Source: a virus. Taken from it: a DNA stretch of 64,000 nt. How positions within the stretch are numbered: position 1 is the first letter of the stretch; each line of letters starts with the position of its first letter. Where the stretch lies: the IMG/VR virus record IMGVR_UViG_3300046810_000322, positions 7,268-71,267 of that record. One strand, 5' to 3'. The notes below the pieces were generated by a model, which saw only the letters and a list, made by a program, of their open reading frames with translations, did no database searches and was not told the DNA's origin. Below, in pieces: positions 37,569-46,031 of this stretch. A program made the position numbers and the translations under genes.

Positions 37569-37898
37569 TTAATCGCCAGTGACGACATCACCCTTGGGCG
37601 AAGCGTAGTGGCCTTGGATGTATTGCTTGTCGTAGTAACCGTGTAAGCAGGCGTGAACATCAGTCGGGGTATCAATTACCCAGACGATCGAACCGTCCTG
37701 GAACTGATACAGCGTGAAGTCACAGACGCTGACATCGTAGCCGCCTGGTACTTCGACGTCTGCCAACAGAGCGTCGGTAACTTCAGACGGACCGCTGAAA
37801 CTCAGCAACAACATAGCGCCGAATTTCATAGCGTCGAGTTGATTACCTTTGTGCATTCCTGGCACCATCGCCATGAAGTCTTGTGCTTGCGTAGCCAT
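37569..37898 (-). CDS. Hypothetical protein
   Basis: Start MATQAQ with AAGGA RBS. Confidence 0.65.
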   Translation of the reverse strand: MATQAQDFMAMVPGMHKGNQLDAMKFGAMLLLSFSGPSEVTDALLADVEVPGGYDVSVCDFTLYQFQDGSIVWVIDTPTDVHACLHGYYDKQYIQGHYASPKGDVVTGD

Positions 37899-37909
37899 GC
37901 TTATTCCTT

Positions 37910-38260
37910 TTAGAAAATGTGGTACCAACGTTTGATGGCCAGGTTAACCTGGAATTCGTCCATGTCCAGCTTCTCGGCAATTTCCCAGTCAGCCAGTTCT
38001 GGATGGCTCGAACCCATCTTAGCGCAGATCTCGCTGCGACGAAAGCGAATGCCGGCAACAACCGCATCCATCAACCAGCCACGGATCTCAGCCTTCTTGG
38101 CTTCTTCCTCGGCGTTGCGGTGTTTGACATAGGTGTCAGCCATGCCAGCAGCCAACACGCCACAGGTAGCAACACCTGCAGCCATGACAGCTAACATCAA
38201 ACCAGCGCCCAGAGTTGCACCAGCATCAACTACTTCTTCGTTATTAGTAAACTGATTCAT
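37910..38260 (-). CDS. Hypothetical membrane protein
   Basis: Start MNQFTNN with AAGGA RBS; one TM segment. Confidence 0.65.
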   Translation of the reverse strand: MNQFTNNEEVVDAGATLGAGLMLAVMAAGVATCGVLAAGMADTYVKHRNAEEEAKKAEIRGWLMDAVVAGIRFRRSEICAKMGSSHPELADWEIAEKLDMDEFQVNLAIKRWYHIF

Positions 38261-38342
38261 GATATTTCCTTCTCGATGAAAATAATAAATGAGGGCATAA
38301 AAAGACATACTGGAGAAGGCTTCTGCCCTCCCCAGTAGGCCC

Positions 38343-38585
38343 TTAAGCCAGACTTGCGATGCGTGCCGATACGATGGCACTCATGACAACATACGCGCGG
38401 TAAGCATCGTTACGTGCTTGGTCACGCATGGCTTCTGCCACGCTGACCAGTTCGTGGGTGTCGCCCCACAGACGTTTTACATGGTTGACGTTGTCTTGCG
38501 CAAAACGTGCCTTCGTTATTAACACTTCAACGTGGCCCATCTCTGCGGTGACGGTATGGTTACTTGGTTGGCTCAGACTGCACAT
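38343..38585 (-). CDS. Hypothetical protein
   Basis: 80 aa, AAGGA RBS, flanked by hairpins. Confidence 0.6.
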   Translation of the reverse strand: MCSLSQPSNHTVTAEMGHVEVLITKARFAQDNVNHVKRLWGDTHELVSVAEAMRDQARNDAYRAYVVMSAIVSARIASLA

Positions 38586-38607
38586 GGAACATTCCTTTAA
38601 TGGTTAC

Positions 38608-38638
38608 GGCATAGGGAGCGGACCTCGGTCCGCTCCCA
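38608..38638 (-). terminator. Hairpin followed by TATGCCG on the minus strand
   Basis: GGGAGCGGAC-ctcg-GTCCGCTCCC with GGCATA on its left. Confidence 0.7.
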
Positions 38639-38645
38639 GTGTCAA

Positions 38646-40622
38646 TTATGCTGCGGTGTCAACTGGTTCTTGGTAGATACCAGCATTTTTCAAACCAACG
38701 GCGAGTTGGTTGGCTTCGTCAGCGGAGAACTGCGTGTCGCCGATCGAGAAGGCGACCTTCAGGAACTTCGACTGACGAACATTGGTCGTCGATGCCTCAG
38801 GGTGGCCGAAACCATTGTCGAACAGTTCAGCTGCCAGTTCCTTAGCGTCAGCCATGGAATACTCCACGCCCTTGATGAAGACGGGGATGTGCAGCAGCGC
38901 CACTGGTTGAGCTTTTGGAGCAGAGTCAGTTTTCTGGTTTGCCACGGGTTCATCCTTTTGTTCGAGGTCGATGGTTTGTTGCACGGGTTCTGCTGGAGCA
39001 GCTTTCTTTTGTGCAGCTTTGATGGTAGCGATTTCGTCAGACACCGCTTGGCGAGCGCGTTCGGTTGCAGCAGCGCGTTCGTCAGCCGCTGCCTTGTCAG
39101 CGTCGACCTTCTCGTTCCACTTGGCGAAGTCGGTAGCACTAGCGTCGACAGCTACTGGCATCGGAACTTCAGCCCGCAGCGTATAGACATACTCGCGGGT
39201 CTTGTTGTTCTTGTTCAGCTCGCGGTCGAACCAGGTCTTTTCGCCCATCCTGGCCAGCACCGAGATCCTGGCTTTGATGCTGCTAGGATTGAACGGGAAG
39301 TCCTGCATCAGCAGAACCACTTCGCCGGAAGTGTACTGCTGGCGATCGCTCATGATCTTCCAGATGGCGATGTCCAGCGTATCGCCAGGAACAACTGGAG
39401 GATGACCGGCTGCTACCACCACTGCTTCCGTAACCACAACTTCTTCAGCGGCCGGCTCGTTGCCATTGGTGGGCGCCAGTTCCTGATGCAGCGCGCCATT
39501 GGGGCTTTGGGTATCGCCCCGCAGTTGACCACTTTCTTGGTAGTAGTGGTGACGCCCGTTTTTGCCACTTGGCGCCGTAGCCGTCAGCGTAACTGGTGCG
39601 CTAACTGGCCGGGTGACACGGATGCCGTCAGGGGACAGTTTGGTCTTGAGCACTTCAGGATCGGTCGGGATGACTTCCGGCATCTTGATATGCTTTTTCA
39701 TCGTGTACACGCTGTCGAGAATACCGCTGCCGTGGAAGTCGAACCATTTCAGGTTAACCTTGGCACGCACGAAGCTGTCCTTGGCTACTTCACGGTTGAT
39801 ACCATAGGCGCCGAGGATGTCCAGGATCTGGTTCTGGGTGCGGCCTTTACGGTCGCTGACGACTTTCCACAGGCACACCATCATGCCTTGGGTTAAGTCA
39901 AGAACACCGGATGGGTCCATGCCTTGCAGGGCGGACATTGGTGCACGTGGTTTGCCAATTTGTTTTTGTTGATTAGGGGATGGCATGGTGCTACCTTTCT
40001 TGAGGGTGTAAATGTTTTCGCCGGACTTGCTGTCCGGGATGGTGGTGACGAAGCCGTTGGTCAGCATGATGCGCAGCATCTGCTCGACTTCGTCGTCTTC
40101 GATCGATGCGATGTTCTTCAGCACTTTGATTACATCAACCGTAGTACGGCCTTTGTAATCAGTCATGACTTTCCAAACACTTGCCAATGCGTCGTCGGCT
40201 TCCGTAATACCGAAGTTGACCTTCGGTTCTTCGACAACGACTGGATCGTCCTGTACCGGCAATTCAGGACGCTTGACATCGCGAATCAGCGTGTAAGTCA
40301 AGTTACTGCGACGACCCGTGCGGTTGAACCACGACTTCGCCATCAAGGTATCCAGACGCTTATCGGCAACACCGCGGTTATAACCACGGCTACCGAGAGT
40401 ATCCAGAATCTCTTTGGCATCGCGTTTCTTGAAATCGGACATCAGATCCCAGATGCCAATGTCAATCTTTTTAGGATCGATTGCATCAATGCCGGCTACA
40501 CGAGTTGGACTTGCCATTACACGCACTCCTTTACTAAGTTGTACTTCATTGAACATCCTCTTATTGATTTTTGATGCTTGAGTTGTGAGACCCAAGTGAT
40601 GATGAAAGTAAATAGATTTCAA
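38646..40622 (-). CDS. Protein with four tandem winged-helix-like repeats
   Basis: Four copies of (I/V/L)W...(S/T)D...F...YT(L/M)....(M/R)P; exact start uncertain. Confidence 0.75.
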   Translation of the reverse strand: MKSIYFHHHLGLTTQASKINKRMFNEVQLSKGVRVMASPTRVAGIDAIDPKKIDIGIWDLMSDFKKRDAKEILDTLGSRGYNRGVADKRLDTLMAKSWFNRTGRRSNLTYTLIRDVKRPELPVQDDPVVVEEPKVNFGITEADDALASVWKVMTDYKGRTTVDVIKVLKNIASIEDDEVEQMLRIMLTNGFVTTIPDSKSGENIYTLKKGSTMPSPNQQKQIGKPRAPMSALQGMDPSGVLDLTQGMMVCLWKVVSDRKGRTQNQILDILGAYGINREVAKDSFVRAKVNLKWFDFHGSGILDSVYTMKKHIKMPEVIPTDPEVLKTKLSPDGIRVTRPVSAPVTLTATAPSGKNGRHHYYQESGQLRGDTQSPNGALHQELAPTNGNEPAAEEVVVTEAVVVAAGHPPVVPGDTLDIAIWKIMSDRQQYTSGEVVLLMQDFPFNPSSIKARISVLARMGEKTWFDRELNKNNKTREYVYTLRAEVPMPVAVDASATDFAKWNEKVDADKAAADERAAATERARQAVSDEIATIKAAQKKAAPAEPVQQTIDLEQKDEPVANQKTDSAPKAQPVALLHIPVFIKGVEYSMADAKELAAELFDNGFGHPEASTTNVRQSKFLKVAFSIGDTQFSADEANQLAVGLKNAGIYQEPVDTAA

Positions 40623-40682
40623 ATCTACTTAGATGCAAATGCATCGATAAGGGCCGCTGAGGACCCTTGCCGCTACACTCGC

Positions 40683-41066
40683 TTACAGGTAAGTGACGTC
40701 GGTGATTGGCGTCATTTTCCAACCGTCCATCCAATTAGCCGGATCGTTGTATGCCGCGATTGCTGCTTCCAGCGTACGGTATGTCTTCAGTTCGATTACG
40801 CCGCCAACTGAGGTACTGCACAAATGCGCAACGCCGTCTTCGTCAACGTACATGCGGTTCAGACAGAAGTAAGTCGTCTGTTCTTCGCTCAGAAGGAATA
40901 CAGTGTGATTGCCGAAGCGTGCAATTGCATATGGCTTACGGAGGCGATCAACCGCTTCCTTCTGACCGGCGCGATGGTCGTCTTCTACCAGTCCGTCATT
41001 GGCTTTGATAGCAGCCAAGACAGAGTCGAAGTCAGTTGCTTTGATACCAGGGTTGCGTGTGTTCAT
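40683..41066 (-). CDS. Hypothetical protein, first gene of the early/accessory block
   Basis: Start MNTRNPG with AAGGA RBS, below the promoter motif. Confidence 0.7.
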   Translation of the reverse strand: MNTRNPGIKATDFDSVLAAIKANDGLVEDDHRAGQKEAVDRLRKPYAIARFGNHTVFLLSEEQTTYFCLNRMYVDEDGVAHLCSTSVGGVIELKTYRTLEAAIAAYNDPANWMDGWKMTPITDVTYL

Positions 41067-41129
41067 GGTGGTTCCTTGTAGTTGATTATTGTAACGAAAT
41101 GAAAGCATCTCCATTCCAATTCACAGCAG

Positions 41130-41148
41130 TTATATAGACCTGAGATTT
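41130..41148 (-). promoter_or_regulatory. Putative phage promoter TCA-N3-CTATAT
   Basis: Minus strand AAATCTCAGGTCTATATAA, just downstream of a terminator-like hairpin. Confidence 0.6.
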
Positions 41149-41165
41149 TCTATTGCAATATAGTC

Positions 41166-41206
41166 GGCATATAGCCCCGCACCCCTTACGAGATGCGGGG
41201 CTATGC
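41166..41206 (-). terminator. Hairpin flanked by GGCATA/TATGC
   Basis: ATAGCCCCGCA...TGCGGGGCTAT at the end of a minus-strand operon. Confidence 0.7.
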
Positions 41207-41207
41207 T

Positions 41208-41831
41208 TTAGGTCATCCAGGACAACCATGCTGGAAGACGAGACTTGGTGCCTCCCGTGGTCTTTTCTTTCTCGCGCTGTTCCTTGTGCTTCTCCGTTTG
41301 GTCGATATGGTAGTCAACCAAATTAACGAAGCATTCTTCAAAGTCAACAGCGAAAACCTTACGACCATCGTAGTCGTGCCAGTAGTGTACGATCTGACCG
41401 ATCTTACCGCCAGGGGCAGGGTCGAGGTCGATCACCAAGTAATCGCCGCTTGGGTTAGCAAAGATAGGAATCCATTTCGGGTTCCACCATACACTCTTCA
41501 CACCCTTGTCACCGACACCTTTATAACCTGGTTCGTCTTCGAGATCGCCGTTCAAAGTCTCCCAGGCGTCAATCACTTCAGTAATCGACATGGGTTCCCA
41601 AGGACCGAACTCGAAGTTGGCTACCGGTTTAACACGATAGCTGTCTGCACCATTGTGCATCTTCAACCACTCCACGTACGAAATGGGAAGACGGTGAGGC
41701 GAAGGTAACTTCTTCTCCAGCACTTGGATGTCCTTCATCGTGGCCGGCGGATTGAGCGCTTCCAGATCGCGCGCATTGTTTGCCTTGTAATACGCTTCAA
41801 TCTTGGCAAAGGCTTCGCGGATCTTGCTCAT
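41208..41831 (-). CDS. SMI1/KNR4 (SUKH) family protein
   Basis: LNPPAT..I..LEK..LP.SY..WLK.HNG and WIPI....GDY..IDLDP..GG..GQIV. Confidence 0.88.
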   Translation of the reverse strand: MSKIREAFAKIEAYYKANNARDLEALNPPATMKDIQVLEKKLPSPHRLPISYVEWLKMHNGADSYRVKPVANFEFGPWEPMSITEVIDAWETLNGDLEDEPGYKGVGDKGVKSVWWNPKWIPIFANPSGDYLVIDLDPAPGGKIGQIVHYWHDYDGRKVFAVDFEECFVNLVDYHIDQTEKHKEQREKEKTTGGTKSRLPAWLSWMT

Positions 41832-42517
41832 TTTTCCACCACGTCAGGATAAACCACTTCGATATAAGGATTGGGAAGACTCAGGAACTTCTTCATCTCC
41901 GCAATCACCGCCTGCTGTTGTTCAGATGGATTCTCGACCTTGCTGTTGAACACATCCTCGAAACCTTCCGGCATGTCAGGCAAAGACGTGTCCGCCGTCG
42001 GTACTTCCAGGTCGATCTTGGCCCAGCCATGATACTTGGTCGAGTACATCGACTCGCCTGGTTGCACGAACATGTCCACTTCCCACTTCAACCCGTCCGC
42101 TGTTGGGAAGGTGTAGCGGTGTTTGATCATGCCCGATTCCGCCATGATGCGGAAGGCTTTCAGTCCATCTTCCGACGACTCAATCGGGATCTCCAACGAA
42201 GAACCATCTTGGCGCTTCAGCTTGGTGGTCATCACGTATTGCGTTTCAGTCGACGTGTTATCGAACTGCCCGCCGACAATCATCTTGCGGATAGTCTTCC
42301 TGACGCGATTAGAGCCACTACCAGCGTTTTTATCGGTCTTGTCCTGCCACAGACCCCACTGCTCTTGGATCTCGATGCTGAGGGCCTTTAAAAGCGTTTC
42401 TGGGCCTGCTACACGAGCATAAAACATGTGCTCAATCTCGTGCGAGACTTTACCGTCGGTGGCTTCCGCTTCAGTCGCTAGACCGCCAGCGAATGCGTTG
42501 GAACGGAAATTACGCAT
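41828..42517 (-). CDS. CYTH (triphosphate tunnel) domain protein
   Basis: EIE motif, RVRK, TTK, K.RY.F...WEVD.F, IDLEV. Confidence 0.75.
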   Translation of the reverse strand: MRNFRSNAFAGGLATEAEATDGKVSHEIEHMFYARVAGPETLLKALSIEIQEQWGLWQDKTDKNAGSGSNRVRKTIRKMIVGGQFDNTSTETQYVMTTKLKRQDGSSLEIPIESSEDGLKAFRIMAESGMIKHRYTFPTADGLKWEVDMFVQPGESMYSTKYHGWAKIDLEVPTADTSLPDMPEGFEDVFNSKVENPSEQQQAVIAEMKKFLSLPNPYIEVVYPDVVEK

Positions 42518-42525
42518 AACAGCTC

Positions 42526-43086
42526 CTATTTAGAAGTAGGTGGGAACAAGATTTTGATCAGTTCGATGGCCGTTTCCATGAACGTCTTGATCAGAGCGTT
42601 GTCCGGCATGGAGTGGTTGTGCACCATGATTGCCACCATCGCGCCGACGAGAATGAACATGAGCGCCAGCGTGGAATAGACAACCGTCTTCAGCAACCAG
42701 AAGCGGCGCTGGCGTTCTTCCTTCGCCACTTGCGCGTCGTAAGGTGTTGGCTTTTTGTCCTTCTCTTCTTCGTCCTCATCTTCCTTGTCTTCTTCACCGT
42801 CTTCACGCTTGACATCGCCTTGCGCGGACATGGGGAAGTGGGACAGGTAATGATTGAGCAACCGCAGTTGCTCGGAAGCTGGCAGGTACGTGATGTACCG
42901 TTTGAAATCGGAACCGTAGGTCTCGCCGGTGGCCACGTAAAGATCGGTGCGTTGAATCGCGCCGTTACCCAGGGCTATTGAGTTGTACTGCTTGACCAAC
43001 TCAGCGACGGCGTCGGAGTCGTTGATCTGGCCAGCCAGATGTTGGTCATCACGGATCTTACGCAACACATGTTCAACTACACGCAT
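42526..43086 (-). CDS. Membrane protein (holin candidate)
   Basis: C-terminal TM segment(s), next to a spanin-like pair. Confidence 0.55.
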   Translation of the reverse strand: MRVVEHVLRKIRDDQHLAGQINDSDAVAELVKQYNSIALGNGAIQRTDLYVATGETYGSDFKRYITYLPASEQLRLLNHYLSHFPMSAQGDVKREDGEEDKEDEDEEEKDKKPTPYDAQVAKEERQRRFWLLKTVVYSTLALMFILVGAMVAIMVHNHSMPDNALIKTFMETAIELIKILFPPTSK

Positions 43087-43088
43087 GA

Positions 43089-43460
43089 CTATTTACCTTT
43101 TTTCGCTTCGATGGCTTCGATCTCTTTCTTGGCCTTCGCTTTCAGGTCACGCACACCTTTCATGCGGGAACTGCAATTGGTGAGATGCCTGGTCTGGGAG
43201 GTGCCCCATGCCAGAGCTTTGCGCTCACGTTCTTCAACGGTTTGCAACGCCGCAGTTAGTTGGGCGACGTCATCCGTTCCTTTCGGTACAACACGGGACA
43301 TGTAGTCCGCTTTTGCTGGCGGTGGCTCGCTGTCGCAGTTGACGATCTGGCTGTCTTCTGGTGCGACCAGCACATGCTTGGTGTCTACCACCACTGGCAC
43401 CGTAGCACCACAGGCGGACAGGAAGATCGGGAAGGCGATCGACAGAATAACTTTACGCAT
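43089..43460 (-). CDS. o-spanin-like lipoprotein
   Basis: Lipobox LSAC, Pro-rich segment, C-terminal helix with Cys; overlaps upstream gene. Confidence 0.7.
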   Translation of the reverse strand: MRKVILSIAFPIFLSACGATVPVVVDTKHVLVAPEDSQIVNCDSEPPPAKADYMSRVVPKGTDDVAQLTAALQTVEERERKALAWGTSQTRHLTNCSSRMKGVRDLKAKAKKEIEAIEAKKGK

Positions 43461-43911
43461 GGCTGGCTCCTTTAACAGGTTCTGGTTTGCATTCGGTCGC
43501 GTCAGGATTCCCGACGCAGTAAACGTCCCAGGCCGAAGTAATGCGCGACTGACTCAGTTCTTCCGCTTTAGCAATGGTGTTATCCACCGTTGGCGGAAGA
43601 ACATTGTAAACTTGTTCGATCGCCCGTTCACGTTTGTCCTGACGGGCAATGATCTGGCTTTCCTTTTTGGTCGTGACTTTAATGTCAGCCGCCACAGCAG
43701 TGCCGACATCTTCTTTCACTTTCTCCAAAGCCACAGCAACTTGGATGGTGTCATCCTGGCGTTGTACTTGAACTTCTTTGACCACCACGTCCTTTTGCAG
43801 GCCGGTGATTTCTTTCGAGTCGCTGTTGAACTTCCAGACTGCGCCAATGGCGAGTGCCGCAAGAACAACGAACAACCAAGCCGATGGGCTGAGTGCTTTC
43901 AGGAAAGCCAT
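43453..43911 (-). CDS. i-spanin-like protein
   Basis: N-terminal TM, coiled coil, C-terminal Cys pair. Confidence 0.65.
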   Translation of the reverse strand: MAFLKALSPSAWLFVVLAALAIGAVWKFNSDSKEITGLQKDVVVKEVQVQRQDDTIQVAVALEKVKEDVGTAVAADIKVTTKKESQIIARQDKRERAIEQVYNVLPPTVDNTIAKAEELSQSRITSAWDVYCVGNPDATECKPEPVKGASHA

Positions 43912-43915
43912 GATG

Positions 43916-44485
43916 TTACCTCATTTGTTTTAGACGAGCATAAGCGATTGCCAAGCCATCAATGGCATGTTCCGACAAACCGCTAAGAGGAGTGGAAGTT
44001 GGTACTTTGAATTCATCAAGCTTACTGATGGCTTCCAGCACCGAGACTTTATTACTGCCACCCTTTGCACCAACAGCGTTCTTCACGACCGAAGCCTCGA
44101 TCAGTTTAAACGGCATAAAGCGATTGTACTCCAGTACCGCTTGCCGAATCGCATTAATCGACATCAGCAACGGACCGTAAGCACCAGGGCGTCCACGGTT
44201 AAAGTACGCGTCCTCGCAAGCAAATGCAGAAGGACGCACAAGCTGTAACCGTCGAATCAGTTCTTTCTTGTGGGCTTCCGTCCGAGCAAAGGTATGCCCA
44301 TGGGTATCCACCAACATATCGTCATCGTGCATCAACTTCGTCGCCACAATGGTGTACGCTTCAAAAGAGCGGATGCGATATGTCAACATATCAACATGCA
44401 GGACACCCAGACCCAGGTTGTGTGTCCCTGGGTCTGAGGCTGCGATCGTGAATGTTGGCCGGCTGTTCTCGGGAACATGCAACAT
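43916..44485 (-). CDS. ruvC: RuvC-like Holliday junction resolvase
   Basis: SDPGTHNLG, ACEDAY, VKNAVG..G..K, EHAIDGLAIA. Confidence 0.85.
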   Translation of the reverse strand: MLHVPENSRPTFTIAASDPGTHNLGLGVLHVDMLTYRIRSFEAYTIVATKLMHDDDMLVDTHGHTFARTEAHKKELIRRLQLVRPSAFACEDAYFNRGRPGAYGPLLMSINAIRQAVLEYNRFMPFKLIEASVVKNAVGAKGGSNKVSVLEAISKLDEFKVPTSTPLSGLSEHAIDGLAIAYARLKQMR

Positions 44486-44503
44486 GATTTCGTTCTTTAC
44501 AGG

Positions 44504-45388
44504 TTAAACCCCGACAAGATTGGGGGAGCCGTTAACAACCGTGACGTTTGTCTTGAACAACGGTTCGGTAGCGCCGATGTCCATGCTGAAGGTAGTGCCG
44601 TCCGAGTTAAACTGGAGTGGCGCACCGACGTTGACCAGGTCGTTGACTTGGACAGCAATCGCTTCGAGCATGTTGAAGGCGGAACCGCCCGGGTCGGTGA
44701 TCTGAACTTGCTTGTCGATGCCGGAGCACAGAGCCAGTTCGGAGATGATCGCCGCATTCGGGTTGTTGTAGATGATGTTGAACACGTTCATCAGCTCTTC
44801 AACATCGTTCGTGTCAAGGATGACATTGATCGGTGCGGAAGCGCTGACGTACGTGCCGTCGGCGGTGATGACGCCAGGGTTGCTAACAGCGGGTGGTGTA
44901 GGGTGCAGTACCGATGAGTCGGGGACGTACGGTACGGTGTTCTTCACACCATTGACCACCGTGGTATAAAACATACCAGCCTGGATGTTGGTCTTGTCGA
45001 TGCGCTTCAGGTAGTACGCGATATACGGTACGCTGTTGCGGGTTTCGATGCGACGCAACGCATACTTGGCACGATCGGCGGGAGCCAGATCATTGCCCAG
45101 CGGACGAAGGATCAGCGGGATGGGGCGGTAAGGCGCTGCCGAGGTAGCTTGGAAGATCTTTGGCGACATCACCAAAGCGCCATCGCCACTCATGTCAATG
45201 TCCAAACCGCCGTTACCCAGACTGAGGTAACCCAGCTTCGGATACACACCGGCGTCAGGGATTTGACCTGCTTGAACGCCCAGCAGCTCATTCAGCGTCG
45301 TATTCGCCGCCAGTACAAACGGAATGCCCAAATGCGCGCATGTCTGCAAATACATTCCATACACGGTCCGGGTGGTTTTTTCAGCCAT
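44504..45388 (-). CDS. Virion structural protein (phiKZ gp139-like)
   Basis: NTTLNE, Y..GNGG, IP.ILRP..NDL, YYLKR, ISELALCSGID motifs. Confidence 0.7.
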   Translation of the reverse strand: MAEKTTRTVYGMYLQTCAHLGIPFVLAANTTLNELLGVQAGQIPDAGVYPKLGYLSLGNGGLDIDMSGDGALVMSPKIFQATSAAPYRPIPLILRPLGNDLAPADRAKYALRRIETRNSVPYIAYYLKRIDKTNIQAGMFYTTVVNGVKNTVPYVPDSSVLHPTPPAVSNPGVITADGTYVSASAPINVILDTNDVEELMNVFNIIYNNPNAAIISELALCSGIDKQVQITDPGGSAFNMLEAIAVQVNDLVNVGAPLQFNSDGTTFSMDIGATEPLFKTNVTVVNGSPNLVGV

Positions 45389-45968
45389 TATTAGCCTCGT
45401 TAATTTCAGATTGATTGATCATGGCTGCCTTCTTAGCTGCCTTTGTCGCTTTTACCTTCGCCGCAATTTTCGCTTTAGTTTCATCGCTGTGCTTGAAATC
45501 TTTTCTAGCCTCAACAACCTTAGCGATATGCTCTGCAGACTTTGGCTTGCCTTTGAGGCTGTCGGAAATAGCCCTAGCGTGTTCTTCGGAATGAGAACGG
45601 CCTTTTCTTACATCGCTCATCTTTCTTTTGGTTTCTTCACTGAGAGGAGTGCCGGCACGAGATTTGTTGATATCTCCTACTCTCGCAATTCCCAATGCGT
45701 TTACCATTTTTGGATTATTACGATGTTGATCAAGAAGCAGTTGTTCTAAATCATAAGCCCGTTCCCGGTTACCAGAAGGAATCTTTGCAATGGAAATACC
45801 TTTATCGCAGTTGTATGCTTCCTGGAACTCTTTTGAGTGATGCAATCCAGATTTAAGGGTAGATCGATGTGCTGATTCGCGTGCCGCCAAGTCGCCACTA
45901 CTGCCGACATAGAAGAGACCGGTAGCTTCATGAGTGATCACATAGGCACCGGGTAACTTTTCTGCCAC
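45381..45968 (-). mobile_element. Free-standing GIY-YIG homing endonuclease with NUMOD3 repeats
   Basis: GAYVI...YVGSS.DL..R...H; repeated (H/L)S(E/D)E.K.K(I/M) motifs; appears AT-richer than flanks. Confidence 0.85.
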
Positions 45969-46031
45969 GATGTGTTTCCTTCAAATTGTTTTAGAAAAGA
46001 ATAGAATGCGTGAACATCCTTCGCCAGATGA

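Noticed and set aside
45381-46031. Group I intron around the GIY-YIG gene
   Set aside because: Flanking genes are complete separate ORFs and there is no room for a ribozyme core
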